From Eledone cirrhosa (taxonomy: Eukaryota), in contig OZ024740.1 in the NCBI GenBank assembly GCA_964016885.1, positions 150,660,001 through 150,724,000 of the forward strand: a stretch of DNA of 64,000 bases, read 5' to 3'. The notes beneath the pieces are model-generated. The model was given only the letters and a program-made list of their open reading frames with translations, ran no database searches and was not told the origin of the DNA. Shown piece after piece: positions 1 through 13,404 of the stretch; the stretch's first letter is position 1, and each line of letters opens with the position of its first letter. Position numbers and translations under genes: made by a program.

Positions 1-736
1 CTTTATACTCTTCCCTTCATTCTACACATCTCACACATCTTATACACACCACGCATCTCAACGTACACCCACTTACATCTCTCTCTCCACCACCGGACCT
101 TGTTATCCGGAGATTTACCCATTTGCATTGTCGAGGCTTCCAAACGACTTAAAGATATTTACTAAAAGAAATTAGTTAGGGTTTAAGTTTGTTTTTATGT
201 ATTGTAATATGTAAAAGTCAAATTAAGTAGTAGTTTAAAACGAGCATAAAAGGATGGAGGAGATAAGAAAGATTTAAGGAAGAAAAAATCTAACGTCAAA
301 AAATTATGTTTACGAAGGACTTCTAATGGTAATACTATATAATGTATTAAAAAAAATAATTTTTATGGCCAATGATATGAGGAAAGGTGGAAGAATGGAT
401 AATGTTGTGGTGAGTAATAATAAGAATTGAGAAGTAGTTGGGAAGAAAAAGTACAGATTAGAGGTTAGAAATTAAAAAGAAGAAAGGAAGAAAGGAAAAT
501 GATAAAGAGGAATGATATAGAATGAGTAAATTGTATTATATAATATATAATATTGAAATAAGGTAGAAAGATGGGTATATTTGTAAAAGATATATAAGCA
601 TTAATAATAAAATACTTGGAACTCTTTTAACCATCTTTTGATCTTATATTATTTATACTCCAGTCCTACAAACTGTATAGTGCTACTCATGCGATATTTG
701 CATTGCTTTATTGTGCTACAATAAAACTCACCTCCT

Positions 737-860
<124 letters not shown>

Positions 861-1561
861 GTGTAAAATGCTGACTGCGGCACCAAGCTGTTTCGGTGAA
901 TAATCTACTATTTCTCTTTTTTTTTGGTAAGGTGCGTGAAGCTCAGTGCGTTATTAAAGCCGACAGCATGCATGAATCCAAGTCAAGGGTGTACTACAAA
1001 GGGTTAAGATACTTCAACTAAAAAACAGTTAAAATAGTGAAATCCGCAAAGCATAAATAATTATTAAAAAAATGAAAAGTAAGTTTGTTATTCAAATTCA
1101 ACAATTGTTTCTATAGAGATAAATGCAGTGCCAATACATATAATCAACCAATTAATCAGTCAAACAATTGATAATTAATAATTTAAATGGCATTCAGACA
1201 AAAATCGTTATTTCATCAGGAAAGAATAGATAGATGAGTTGAGTTACTTGATGCATCCAGAAGAATATAAATAAAAAATATATAAAATGGTAAAAGCAAT
1301 CTTTCGAAATGCGAAGAGAATAAAAAAAAATATTGAGCAAGTGATTTTGCGTAAAGAGAGAATAATCTATTAGTATAAGCATTAAAGGTGAAGTTGCACA
1401 GTAGAGAGCCATATTGCTATAAAGTGGGCTTCGCAGATTTGAAATAACAATGCATATTTATAACGATAATATTTTTAATTACGTGTAAACAGGTACATTC
1501 AAATGTGCTGCTGAAATCCATGGAAAATATTTTACTCACTCCGAATAAAAATATGCATACA

Positions 1562-1565
1562 TATG

Positions 1566-1597
<32 letters not shown>

Positions 1598-1660
1598 TGT
1601 ATGTATGTATGTATGTATGTATGTATGTATGTATGTATGTATGTATGTATGTATGTATGT
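1562..1660. repeat. (TATG)n microsatellite
   Basis: Direct reading; abuts the element starting at 1661. Confidence 0.95.
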
Positions 1661-2266
1661 CAGGTCACCAGTTGGTGCTACTGGTAACATGTATCCCAGT
1701 ACAACCTGTCTCATGGTCGGGTCGTTGGCGACTAAACTGGCAACCCCACCAAGGTTTCTTGGTGAGGAGGGTGACTTTGGACATCCTGCAGGACTAAAAA
1801 CAAAACCTGTCAAAGGGCAAGGGAGCTCTTAAGAGTCAATAGCCATCCAAAATCACCGGGAGAGATGACCCCTTAGCCTTTGTCAAGGCAGAATTCTAGG
1901 AGAAGGAAAACTCTGATATAACACCTGCAACCCTGATGGTATCCAATGATGTTGACTTGTTCTTCTTTTTGGTAAATATCATCTTGGTTAAGAGAGTGGA
2001 ACTGGCTTTGTGCAGTGCCTTTGCTCACTATAAAAGCTTCACGGCATAGGCATTGCTTTATATCGGGAGATCTCTCTGCACTTGTCATCACATGGTACCA
2101 TGGGTCCTGCACTATGTGTCAATAATGGTCACAAGTGTAGTGTTTGTACCAGAGTTTTCAAGTCGCTGGCTGGACTAAAAAGTCACATTCGTTCAGCGCA
2201 TCGGTAGGGGTTCTCCTACATGGATATAAAGTAGTGGCCGTACTCGAAAACGAGTTGGCAGCCACC
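1661..2266 (+). mobile_element. Non-autonomous RTE-derived (bipartite) element, copy 1
   Basis: Near-identical copies at 2386, 7380 and 31193. Carries the RTE-like 5' motif CTAGGAGAAGGAAAACTCTGA. The 3' part encodes CSVCTRVFKSLAGLKSHIRSAHR* (2136-2207). Ends with a CTCG-AAAA-CGAG stem-loop and a (TATG)n tail. Confidence 0.85.
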
Positions 2267-2277
2267 ATGTATGTATG

Positions 2278-2309
<32 letters not shown>

Positions 2310-2385
2310 TGTATGTATGTATGTATGTATGTATGTATGTGTGTGTGTATGTATGTATGTATGTATGTATGTATATATATGTGGT

Positions 2386-2862
2386 CAGGTACCAGTTGGT
2401 GCTACTGGTAACATGTATCCCAGTACAACCTGTCCCATGGTCGGGTCGTTGGCGACTAAACTAGCAACCCCACCAAGGTTTCTTGGTGAGGAAGGTGACT
2501 TTGGACATCCTGCAGGACTAAAAACAAAACCAGTCAAAGGGCAAAGGAGCTCTTAAGAGTCAATGGCCATCCAAAATCATCTGGAGAGATGACCCCTTAG
2601 CCTTTGTCAAGGCAGAATTCTAGGAGAAGGAAAACTCTGATATAACACCTGCAACTCTGATGGTATCCAATGATGTTGACTTGTTCTTCTTTTTGGTAAA
2701 TATCATCTTGGTTAAGAGAGTGGGACTAGCTTTGTGCAGTGCCTTTGCTCACTATAAAAGCTTCACGGCACAGGAATTGCTTTATATCTGGAGATCTCTC
2801 TACACTTGTCGTCACATGGTACCATGGGCCCAGCACTATGTGTCAATAATTGTCACAAGTGT
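2386..2862 (+). mobile_element. Non-autonomous RTE-derived element, copy 2 (3' truncated)
   Basis: Colinear with 1661-2140, then breaks off into a Penelope-like fragment. Confidence 0.85.
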
Positions 2863-2936
2863 AACTAATCAGTATTTCGTGGATTGCTGGTTGTATTATT
2901 TTATATGAGACATTATTAAATAAATATCTCTTTCCT

Positions 2937-3060
2937 TCCAGACGGCCGTTTCGTTATAAGATTTCTACCAATTGGGATAAATAATTTCCAGGTTATGTAG
3001 AAACTTGTATATAATCCATAGTTTTATACACAAGCGGGCTCTTATAAACTCATCAGTGGA
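2937..3060 (-). ncRNA. Minimal type-I hammerhead ribozyme with long branched stem II (Penelope-associated type)
   Basis: Minus strand: UCCA-CUGAUGA-GUU(U)AUAAGA...UCUUAUAAC-GAAA-CGGCCG-UC-UGGA. Stem I UCCA/UGGA, palindromic helix III, GUC cleavage triplet. Confidence 0.8.
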
Positions 3061-3472
3061 TGCCCAAATAATATCGATATAAGAATTATATCGACATTAA
3101 TAGAATGGGGATGGTCTCCCTCAGCGCTAAGAAGAGACTGGTAGATTAGAAATTCCAGCAGTCCTCCCAAAGATAAAATACACGCTGTCCCCAAAAGGGT
3201 AAAGGCAGGTCATCTTAAAATAAAACAATATACACGCTGGTCATTTAAACCCGTTAGGTATTAACCACGTGTATAAGAACTCAATTGGATATTAAAAGAA
3301 TAATTATATGTATACACAACCAATGCACACACAGAGATATTAAAACATAATAAATACATGTATGGATCATCCATATACACACATAGCCATTCTCTAAGGC
3401 TAAATCAGACATGGGATACAAGGAAGATCAATCAGTATTTCATATAAAAAAATAATAATAATAAAGAGAGTC

Positions 3473-3580
3473 ATGAAAAAGTATGACCCCCGACTGCAGA
3501 GCTCAAGCAGTATCGACGGCTATTTCAGTCCAGAAATAGCCGTTGAAACGGATTGAGCTGTGCCGTCGGGGGTCATACTT

Positions 3581-3587
<7 letters not shown>
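3473..3587. repeat. ~115 bp fold-back palindrome next to (TA)n
   Basis: ATGAAAAAGTATGACCCCCGAC...GTCGGGGGTCATACTTTTTCAT; the same terminus recurs at ~4116. Confidence 0.85.
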
Positions 3588-3648
<61 letters not shown>

Positions 3649-3689
3649 ATAAACGTGCTGCGTGGTTGCTAATGTATTACATATGAATA

Positions 3690-4068
3690 AAGTTAGTCCT
3701 TCATCAGTGATCTTCCAACCATCATTGGCATTTCATCGCTTTAAAGACCATATACCTCCGGTTGGTGCGAGCAACAGCTAAAAAAAGTCGTTGGGACACG
3801 TAAATAAAGGGGACACGAGAGTGTAAACAAACAAAGATGGTGAAGCAACGAAAAGTGAGGAAGAAGGAGTCAAGTCCCGAATTTCCATGAATATAAATTC
3901 GGTGAAATCGTGACCGGTTGCTTCACCATCTTTGTTTGTTTACACTCTCGTGTCCCCTTTATTTACGTGTCCCAATGACTTTTTTTAGCCGTTGCTCGCA
4001 CCAACCGGGGGTATAAGGTCTTTAAAGCGATGAATTACCAATGATGCTTGGAAGATCACTGATGAAGG

Positions 4069-4076
<8 letters not shown>
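3690..4076. repeat. Long inverted repeat (~160 bp arms), probable Penelope-like inverted pLTR fragment
   Basis: 3690-3849 is the reverse complement of 3917-4076; flanked by (TA)n. Confidence 0.8.
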
Positions 4077-4114
<38 letters not shown>

Positions 4115-4204
4115 GGAAAAAGTATGACCCCCACGGCAGAAGATCCCGTTAAGGGTGAAAGCAGCGATTCTTTGCTTAAACTTTAATCTGTTATTTTAAT
4201 AAAT

Positions 4205-4251
<47 letters not shown>

Positions 4252-4962
4252 ACTCGCTTTACGCGTTTCAATTGTCCTAATAACTTATTTTAGTTATTAT
4301 CGCTCCAACGTGAGGTATCTGATTTTTAATGCCATGAAATACCAATGATCGTTGGCAAATCACTATGAGGGACTCATTTTATAACATGTAAATCCATGTG
4401 CAACCATGCAGTATTCTTCTCCGCATATGTTTCATATATTTACCTAAACTGCGATTCTGTGTTTCTCTCTTTCTCTCTTACTGCTCCCTCGTTCTCTCTG
4501 TTTCTCTTACTTTCGTTCGTCCCCTCTGTCATGTCAGTTAACACTTTCTCTCTACTGACCTCTTCCTCGCACTTCCACTCACTCACTCTCTGTTTCTCCC
4601 CTTCTCACCTCCTCCCGTTCGCTACGAAAACGATTTTCTTTCTTTCTAACATCGGATTCACTAGCGGAAAGTCTGTTTCTAATTCGCTCATATATTCACA
4701 CAGCTTATGCTGATAGAATAACCATGTTGCTTGTGTTTCTTTCCATCTTCGGTTAGCTTTCCCCTGTGTTGTTTACTTGTCTCACTCGCTTTACGCTTTT
4801 CAATTGTCCTAATAACTTATTTTAGTTATTATCGCTCCAACGTGAGGTATCTGATTTTTAATGCGATGAAATACCAATGATCGTTGGCAAATCACTGATG
4901 AGGGACTCATTTTATAACATCTAAATCCATGTGCAACCATGCAGTATTCTTCTCCCCATATT

Positions 4963-4970
<8 letters not shown>
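4252..4970. repeat. ~185 bp direct repeats (4252-4438 and 4785-4970) around a pyrimidine-rich spacer; Penelope-like pLTR arrangement
   Basis: Near-identical blocks ACTCGCTTTACGC...TTTCATATA; flanked by (TA)n. Confidence 0.7.
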
Positions 4971-4998
<28 letters not shown>

Positions 4999-5000
4999 AT

Positions 5001-5190
5001 AATTGTTTCTACTATTGGCACAAGGCCAGAAATTACCCAGTACATTACTGGTACTTTATTTTATCGACCCCGTAAGGATGAAAGGCAAAGTTAACCTCGG
5101 CGGGATTTGAACTCAGAATGGCAAGGGCCGTAACTCTATGCGTCAAAGCATGGCGTCCGACCCTCTACCGATACTGCCAATCCACCGCCC
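5001..5190 (-). mobile_element. tRNA-derived SINE (family 1)
   Basis: Minus strand A-box TGGCAGTATCGG and B-box GAGTTCAAATCC; many copies in the window. Confidence 0.9.
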
Positions 5191-5279
5191 TCTATATATA
5201 GTAATAATAATATATTTGAAGACTAAAACCCAAAGAGGGCTCGATAAGGATAAATATATATCAAATATATAAGAACCGT

Positions 5280-5563
<284 letters not shown>

Positions 5564-5692
5564 TTTGCGTATATGTTGGTTGTGTACCAACACCTCAGTA
5601 TGCATATTGGAGCACTCGACGAAGTGCGCAGGCTGATTTTGTTACTCCGGAGTAATGTAAAATAAAATAAAATAAATAAGTCAAACACATAC

Positions 5693-5730
<38 letters not shown>

Positions 5731-5791
5731 AAATAAAATAAAATAAAATAAAATGAATAAGTGAAATGTTTAAAATTTGACTTCGTTTATT

Positions 5792-5846
5792 ACTGCTCTA
5801 TATATTTCGGTGACAGCTCTCTTTGGCTGTGACCTCTTCAGGCAGT
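5792..5846 (-). ncRNA. Minimal type-I hammerhead ribozyme (cleavage-site variant)
   Basis: ACUGC-CUGAAGA-GGUCACAGC...GCUGUCACC-GAAA-UAUAUA-GA-GCAGU followed by AAUAAA; same family as 58646. Confidence 0.7.
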
Positions 5847-5889
5847 CCGAATTAGTGTGGTAGAGACGAGAACACATGTTGTTGAGGTG

Positions 5890-6033
5890 TATAACTTTGT
5901 CAATATTCTGATATGCCCAGTTCCTGGTTGGGTTGTTATTTCACTGAGCAACTGGAAACATATGATTCCAGTTCCTCAGTGAAATAACAACCCAACCAGG
6001 AACTGGGCATATCAGAATATTGACAAAGTTATA
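5890..6033. repeat. Near-perfect ~145 bp palindrome (Penelope-like 5' fold-back)
   Basis: TATAACTTTGTCAATATTCTG...CAGAATATTGACAAAGTTATA; upstream of the hammerhead on the minus strand. Confidence 0.85.
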
Positions 6034-6960
6034 TGTGATGATGTTATTATTTTCACAGTGATCTTGGAGGAATAGGTTCAGGCAGGCTGTATACATTTTA
6101 TACATCAGGTTCTGGTATGCAATGGGTCGGTAGTTTTTTGCCAAGTGGGTGTCTTTGTTCTTGGGGACCAGTAATGTTTGTGGTAATGTCAACCATTCTG
6201 GTATAAGTGTATCTCCCTTAAGAACTTGTTGGTAGAGGTCGGTAAGATACCTCCGATAGAATATCAGTTTTTTGTACCAGTAGCCGACAATCAAGTCTCT
6301 TCCTGGTGTTTTCTTGGAGTATTCTTATCACAGTCTGAAGGGTACCCTCACTTATTTCGTATGTTTTTGTTGTAGTGTAGGACCAATAGTTCTTTTGGAT
6401 TTCTTTTAGCCACACTGCATCTTGGTTGAAATTCTTCTTTTCACCCCATATTTTTCTCCTAAAGGAACCTATGTCTCGCTGGGGTGAGGCCTCAGTGACA
6501 CTTATTATTTTGCCCTTCATATCTCTATAGACTGATGTTTGGTTTCGTCTGAATCTTTTATTAAGCACTTTTCTTTCCTCTACCTTCTTCAGGTATCGGC
6601 GTTTTTCGCTGACATCTCTCAATTCTTGTTTGAGAGTTCTGGTTCTACTGTTACCAAACATCGTCTCTATTTTATTTTTCACTCTTTGTTGGTGAGGAGT
6701 GAGGTTTTTTTGTGTTTGTTTGCAAGTAAGGAGCATTGTCATATATCCTATGGTTTTTCGTAGGTCAGCAATCTTTTTTTCTATTTTAGTTATATATGAT
6801 GGTATTTTTTGGTGGTGTTTTGTTCTTAATATCTCTGCTATCACCAAAATAATGCTTCACTGTCGTTGCTAAGGCAAATAAACAGGCGTTGATTTGCCAA
6901 AATGTTGGGGTTTTTATCCGTCGTAAATATTCATCCCTTATTTCGTCAATAACACGTAAT
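6034..6960 (-). mobile_element. R4/Dong-type LINE internal fragment (pre-RT to start of RT), degenerate
   Basis: Peptides VLNKRFRRNQTSVYR, FNQDAVWLKEI, IVGYWYKKL and KNYRPIAYQNLMYK resemble the element at 19563-20909. Confidence 0.85.
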
Positions 6961-7049
6961 ATTTCATTATTTGTTTTTTTAATTAAATATTGTTGTTTTA
7001 ATACGTTAATATGTTTTAATAACGTTTAATACGTTAATGTATGCTTGTA

Positions 7050-7322
7050 TGGTTTTATAATTTCACAAAGTTTTACCAATAGAGAGGGAGTCGGTTTCTA
7101 ACATAGATACAAGACTCTCTCATTGGAATTTACACAACATCAACTAGGTTGATATGTATGTATGCATGTGTAGATATGGATGTTATTGTATGTGTGGATG
7201 TGTATGTTTTGAGTTGTATGTGTGCATGTGTATATGCTTTGCATCTGTACATGTGTATATGCAGTTATTTTAGGAATGTTTTACATATTTTTACTGTTCT
7301 ATTAATCGATTGTACTTGTAAA
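7050..7322 (-). mobile_element. R4/Dong family B 3' end (5' truncated)
   Basis: Matches 17122-17418 (ORF end and 3' UTR); TATG units on both flanks. Confidence 0.85.
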
Positions 7323-7379
7323 TGTATGTATGTATGTATGTATGTATGTATGTATGTATGTATGTATGTATGTATGTAT

Positions 7380-7669
7380 GGCTTTGCGCAGTGCCTTTGC
7401 TCACTATAAAAGCTTCACGGCACAGGCATTGCTTTACATCTGGAGATCTCTCTGCACTTGTCGTCACATGGTACCATGGGCCCAGCACCATGTGTCAATA
7501 ATTGGGGCCCAGCACCATGTGTCAATAATTGTCACAAGTGTAGTGTTTGTACCAGAGTTTTCAAGTCGCTGGCTGGACTAAAAAGTCACACTTGTTCAGC
7601 GCATCGGTAGGGGTTCTCCTACATGGCTTTAAAGTAGTGGCCGTACTCGAAAACGAGTTGGCAGCCACC
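7380..7669 (+). mobile_element. Non-autonomous RTE-derived element, copy 3 (5' truncated)
   Basis: Matches 2004-2266 with a short internal duplication; (TATG)n on both sides. Confidence 0.85.
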
Positions 7670-7777
7670 ATGTATGTATGTATGTATGTATCTATGTATG
7701 CATATGTATGTACATATATATATATATATATATATATTTATCTTTATGCCAGTGTATGTATATCTGTATGCCATATG

Positions 7778-7846
<69 letters not shown>

Positions 7847-8493
7847 TTGTGTATGTGAGTGTTTGTGTGTGTGTGCGGAGTATGAATGCATCCATACACA
7901 TGGATACACGTTTACACATTCATATTCGTTTCTGCACATGTTTATGTGTACATGTGCAAGTATTTGAGTGTGAGAAACACTGCTACACAAACATTTATGT
8001 GGGCACTCATGATGCTAGAAATAGCAGTAACATTTCTTTCATAACGCATCCTGCCGTGTTATATAAGGATATAGCACATTAGATTAGCATTTTCTTTTTT
8101 TACTTTGACTTACAGTAAGAGGTGCATTTTATATTACGACCCTATGATTGTCGCGCTCAACTTGCGTATTTTAGTAGATTTTTTCTTAATGTCAAACCAT
8201 GTTATTTAAGCTGCGACTCGCTAATGGGTTGGGACACGCAATTTGAAAAACCCAACAGGCTGGTCATTGATAGAATACGTTTATGTCATAGGTTTTCCCA
8301 CTCAGAATTTGGCATGGGAACTAAACAATAATATCTACTAACCTTTGAATATTCACGATACTAAACACTAGACGAGCCGATACTGAAGTTTCAACATAAT
8401 CAGTTTACTTACAAGAACTAGTAGTGAAATACTACTTCAGACTCCACTCTACTATATTAAAAATTCTGAATATAGTATATACCTAAATATAAT

Positions 8494-8676
8494 CCAATCG
8501 TGATCCTCCCGATTTCTTTTGACCTCTATTATATTTAGGTATCGTTTATTTACTATATTCTCTAAAATGCTCGTTTTTTATTTGTATATGCTGACCGAAA
8601 ATTTTAGAGAATATAGTAAATAACCGATACCTAAATATAATAGAGCTCAGATGAAATCGGGAGGGTCACGATTGGA
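8494..8676. repeat. Inverted repeat, ~75 bp arms
   Basis: CCAATCGTGATCCTCCCGATTTC...GAAATCGGGAGGGTCACGATTGG. Confidence 0.75.
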
Positions 8677-8929
8677 ACAACGACCGAATAATGAACATTC
8701 AAAACACAGGAGCAGACTGATCTAAAACACCCTTCAATTTCGCTCATGTAGGAAATCAAAATTATGTGGCTAAGCGTGTCGTGTGGGACTCCATTTTTAC
8801 TCCATACTTGCAAACAAACCACTAAATATCCCATTAAGACACATCATAAACATTGGATAGAAAACTACCTCTCTAGTTGTTAAACGTACAAAGAGTAAGA
8901 TAATATAACTGTTGGACCTCCTTTAGTTC

Positions 8930-9235
8930 CAACAATGAGTGTTTCAGTTGATTGACCAACAGCCTGTTCATGAAATTAGCGTGTAAGAGGCTGGGCATTA
9001 TACAGACACGTGTATCCTTAATGCAATTCTCAGGGAGATTCAGCGTGACACAAAATATGACAAAGATGTGCATTTGAATTACAAATACAACTAATGCTTG
9101 CAAGCTGAATGGACTGGTGCAACGAACGTGAAATAAAATGTCTTGCCCAAGAACATAATGTGCCGCTGGAAATTGAACTCATGATCTTAAGATCGTGAGC
9201 CAAACACACTAACCATTAGATCACGTGCCTTCACA
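8930..9235 (-). mobile_element. tRNA-derived SINE (family 2), degenerate
   Basis: Minus strand B-box GAGTTCAATTTCC followed by TTGGGCAAGACA; related to 33640-33730 and 52905-53215. Confidence 0.6.
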
Positions 9236-10276
9236 ACAATGGATCTAGAATATGTCATTTCATAGAGTGTAATTCCCAAACCCTCCCTCTCGCCCACACT
9301 TTTAAATTTATATCTGCAGGATCTTCCTAAACTCTCTGAAGACATATAGCTTATACACATCGGATATCACAGCCATACCCACCATATACTCTTCAGGAGT
9401 ACAACAATGCAACCATACCAACACTAATGTAGAAACAACCAATACCACTTAAAGTAGTACGTACTCAAGCCCTCATTTCGAATCTTACAAGCAACACCAA
9501 ATAAAATATACAGCAGAATGCCCGCGTATCCTGATGGATAAAAAATATAAAAATGACAGTTCGAACATGGACACAGCACTCTAATGAAAAAGTCACAATT
9601 AAAAAATTTAAATATACACCGATAGATCCTGCGTTTTTTCGCCCCTTAAATTATTAAAAAGAAGACAAGGTGTTATCAATTAAAAAAATTGCTTAGTGTT
9701 AATAGAAGTATAGAAATGTAGAATTGAAACGTAGGTGAGAGAAAACGAACGGGCGGATTAAAAACAGAAAGATACATGATTGTTTCATCCTATCTATGCA
9801 GTGTGCAGACTAAAGCAAGTTAAAATTATGTTTGGAAATTACATGTTTCTAATATTGTTATTTTTTTTTAGTATGGGTAATCTTAAAAGGAATAGAGTGA
9901 TACATTTAAAGAGTTAAGGAATATTACTTGGAAGCTGTAGAAAAAAGTGGTATTGAAGATTTGAAAGTAGTATCAAAAATATTTACTTGTATATGAAAGA
10001 AAGGCACTAGTAATATGGATGACTATTTAACTATCTAGCTGTCTAGATATATAGATAAAATATAAATAGATAGATAGACAGATTTGAGAAGGTTTTAAAC
10101 GTTTCAAATAAACATTTAGGTTATATAATATTCACTGATTAAATAAATTAAATACACATAGCTGATAAATTCGAAGTGGTAATATTAAGAAATAAATAAA
10201 CATTTTTTTGAATTCGAAGTCGAGACAGTTGCAATATTTTAAAGCGTGCAATACAAACTATAGGCAAGGTATCTAT

Positions 10277-10590
10277 AATTGTTTCTACTTTTGGCACAAG
10301 GCCAGCAATTACCCAGTACATTACTGGTACTTTATTTTATCGACCCCGTAAGGATGAAAAGCAAAGTTAACTTCGGCGGGATTTGAACTCAGAACGTAAA
10401 GGGACGTAACTATGCTGGAAAGCATGTCCGACCCTCTACCGATACTGCCTGTTCACCGACAAGGTGTGCAATTTGGAGAGTAGGGAAAGTCGATTAAATC
10501 GACCCCAATGCATTACTGGTGCTTTATTTTATCGACGCCGTAAGGATGAAAGGTAGACTTAACCTCGGCGAGATTTGAACTCAGATCGTA
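10277..10590 (-). mobile_element. Two tandem family-1 SINE copies
   Basis: Repeated TTTATCGACCCCGTAAGGATGAAAGG...GATTTGAACTCAG. Confidence 0.85.
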
Positions 10591-11182
10591 AGGCAAGGTA
10601 TTTGATAATGAAATATATTAGAATACGAATAAGTGTGGTTTAAGATTGTTATATATGTAACTAAACCTTTTCCTAAGACCTAGTAAGGAACCCTATAATT
10701 TAAAGTGCTGGAGGTGGTATAGGGTAAATGTAATAACTGGCTTAATTTAAAGAGGGCATGATTTTGTATGGAAGGACTTGCAAAGTTACGGATAAATAGA
10801 GATTATATATTAGGAAATGTAAAAGAAGAAAAATATTAAAATGAAATTGAAATTAGAAGTAGTAGGCCAGAGCATTATATACAAAAATGGATATATGAAA
10901 TAATATATCAAGAAATGAATTAAATAAGAATACTTTTATTCTTTTATTGCTGTCTTGGTGAGGCACCACCATGATTTACAGGATCATATCAACCTCAGTA
11001 CTTATTTTATCGATCTCCCTTTTGTAGAAGCGGTAAGTTGCGAGATATAAAGAGAGACAAAGACACAAACGGAAACACACATACACACACTCACACACAG
11101 ATGCGCACTCGAATACCCGTTTACAGGATTCCGACATCATTTCAAATTCCAAATTATATCGAAACGCCTTGATAAATAGTAA

Positions 11183-11297
<115 letters not shown>

Positions 11298-11299
11298 GT

Positions 11300-11580
11300 A
11301 GATTGTATTCGCAATCGTTTTCTTTGGGTCATTACCCAAGATTCATGACTATAGGTAAGGGTTTTCAAGATAGCGAGTTTGGCTTTTACACTTACCTACC
11401 TTCTTCTGATGACCGAATGATGAAACTGGCGTATTACTGCATCAGCTTCTGCATTTCTTGCACTTAAATCAGCATCTACCCTTCCATCACTCGTAAATTT
11501 ATTTTGTCGTAAACACAGCGCCGAGTTATTGAACTTTTCCACCTGCTTCAGGGGAACTCCACTCCCGAACTTTGACAATG
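11300..11580 (-). mobile_element. RTE (Expander/Rex3-like) post-RT fragment
   Basis: LKQVEKF...FTSDGRVDADLSARNAEADAVIRQFHHSV...[11 protein letters not shown]; similar to 46250-46720. Confidence 0.75.
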
Positions 11581-11619
11581 CCTCACCACCACCTTAAGTT
11601 ATCGGATGACTCACGAAGA

Positions 11620-11661
<42 letters not shown>

Positions 11662-12534
11662 ACCTACTACTAGTTATAAAGATGGTGATAATAATCCTAA
11701 TTTATGACTTCAACTGTATATCTAGAGCTATATCTACGAATCCACAGGAAATTCCAATACTTCTTGTTGCTCGCATATTAGTCACACTTCTAACCAATTT
11801 AAATGCCGCTTCTACAATTAGCGCTCTCTATTTGGAAATTAAAATTTAATTACGGAAACAGCATTCTTTCGCATCATTTGGAAGATAAAGATTTAGCCTT
11901 CAATTTCAAATAAAGTATTTTGTCGATAACTAAATCCTATATATGATACAAAAGAACACATCATTTTCTTACCGAAAGCTTTGAAATTATTTTCAAAGCC
12001 CAATTCTTAACGAACATTCAAAATATCAACCGAAAAACATAAAATCCTTAAGACTTATAAATATTTTTGACCTAATACTTAAACTCACTAAGAACACCGT
12101 TTTGTTTCCATGCAATGTTATCCTTCTTGCTTAAACACATTTATATTTATTAGCCAAAGTAAAATTAACATACTACTATCCTTCTTCATTATTTTACACA
12201 TTATAAACTAACATTTATAATTAGTACTCTTACCATCATATTTTTGTTATATTTGTATTTTATATTTTATATTTCTACACGATACTTCTGTATTTTCTTC
12301 ACGATATATTACTTTGTCTTAGTTCCCTCACATACACATTAACAATAAATTAACCACATGTTTGCCTTAACCAACTCTTCTAGATTCACTAAATAGCTAG
12401 ACTGATTTCTTTGCTCACAGTAATCTTCTACATGCAACTTATTCAGTAACTCACAATTTTCATTTAGGATATTTTGTTAGATTTCCAACACCTATTATTG
12501 TTTATCTTTTCGTATTTTTGCACATTATTTCTGT

Positions 12535-12715
12535 TGGCAGTATCGGTAGAGTGTCAGACGCCAGGGTTTGCAGCATAGAGTTGTGGCCCTTTACGTTCTG
12601 AGTTCAAATCCTGCTGAAGTTAACTTTGCCTTTAATTCTTACGTGGTCGATAAAATAAAGCATCAGTAATGCACCGGAATAATTGCTGGCCTTGTGCCAA
12701 AAAGTAGAAACAATT
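12535..12715 (+). mobile_element. tRNA-derived SINE (family 1)
   Basis: TGGCAGTATCGGTAGAG...GAGTTCAAATCC...AGAAACAATT. Confidence 0.85.
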
Positions 12716-13117
12716 ATTTCAGGTACTCCACTACATTTCTAAACTTCTGTTTTAATAAAATAACTTCCTTAAAACCCATTTCATCCATTCCTTCTTTATA
12801 TCATCCTTTAAATCTCTTTCTTTATCTGCATATATTGTTCGTTTTTGTTCTTTCTTTTTATCTATTCTCTATACACGTAACTACACTATCTCTTCTACGC
12901 AAACTTACCTTACTTGCACATCTAACATTTTTAACAAAAAGTCACATTCCTAACTGCGTCTTTAGAAAATGTTTAGTTACGTATTTAACAATCATAAACT
13001 ACACTTTTATCCGTGGTTTGATTTATGTTTTTAGAATATATGTAAATATATTTTCGTATTGAACTCTATAATATATTACTGTCTTGGTTTTGTCTTCAGA
13101 ATATATTTACATAGGTA

Positions 13118-13149
<32 letters not shown>

Positions 13150-13208
13150 ACACTACATATACTTACATATATTCTGAATCACACTGCCTTAATGCTACTG
13201 TTAACTAT

Positions 13209-13355
13209 GCCCAGTGCATTACTTTATTTTACCGACCTCGTAAGGATGAAAGGCAAAGTTACCCTGGCGGGATTTGAACTCAGACCATAAATGGCCGTAA
13301 ATATGCTGCAAAACATGGCGTTCGAGCCTCTACTGATACTGCCAATCCACCGCCC
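13209..13355 (-). mobile_element. tRNA-derived SINE (family 1)
   Basis: Same consensus. Confidence 0.85.
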
Positions 13356-13404
13356 TAAATTTCTCTTTCTATTAAATTGTTTTTACTATCATAAACATCA
13401 ATAA

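Noticed and set aside
1661-1745. Possible HDV-like ribozyme at the 5' end of the RTE-derived element (GGG-hairpin-CTAA-ACTGG pairing with CCAGT)
   Set aside because: I could not build convincing P1 and P3/L3 helices. A descriptor search would be needed.
1661-2862. CRISPR-like or LTR-type repeat array
   Set aside because: The units are ~600 bp retroposon copies separated by microsatellite, with no repeat-spacer or LTR structure.
5080-5190. tRNA genes suggested by A and B boxes
   Set aside because: They are multi-copy SINE heads with long box spacing and no cloverleaf.
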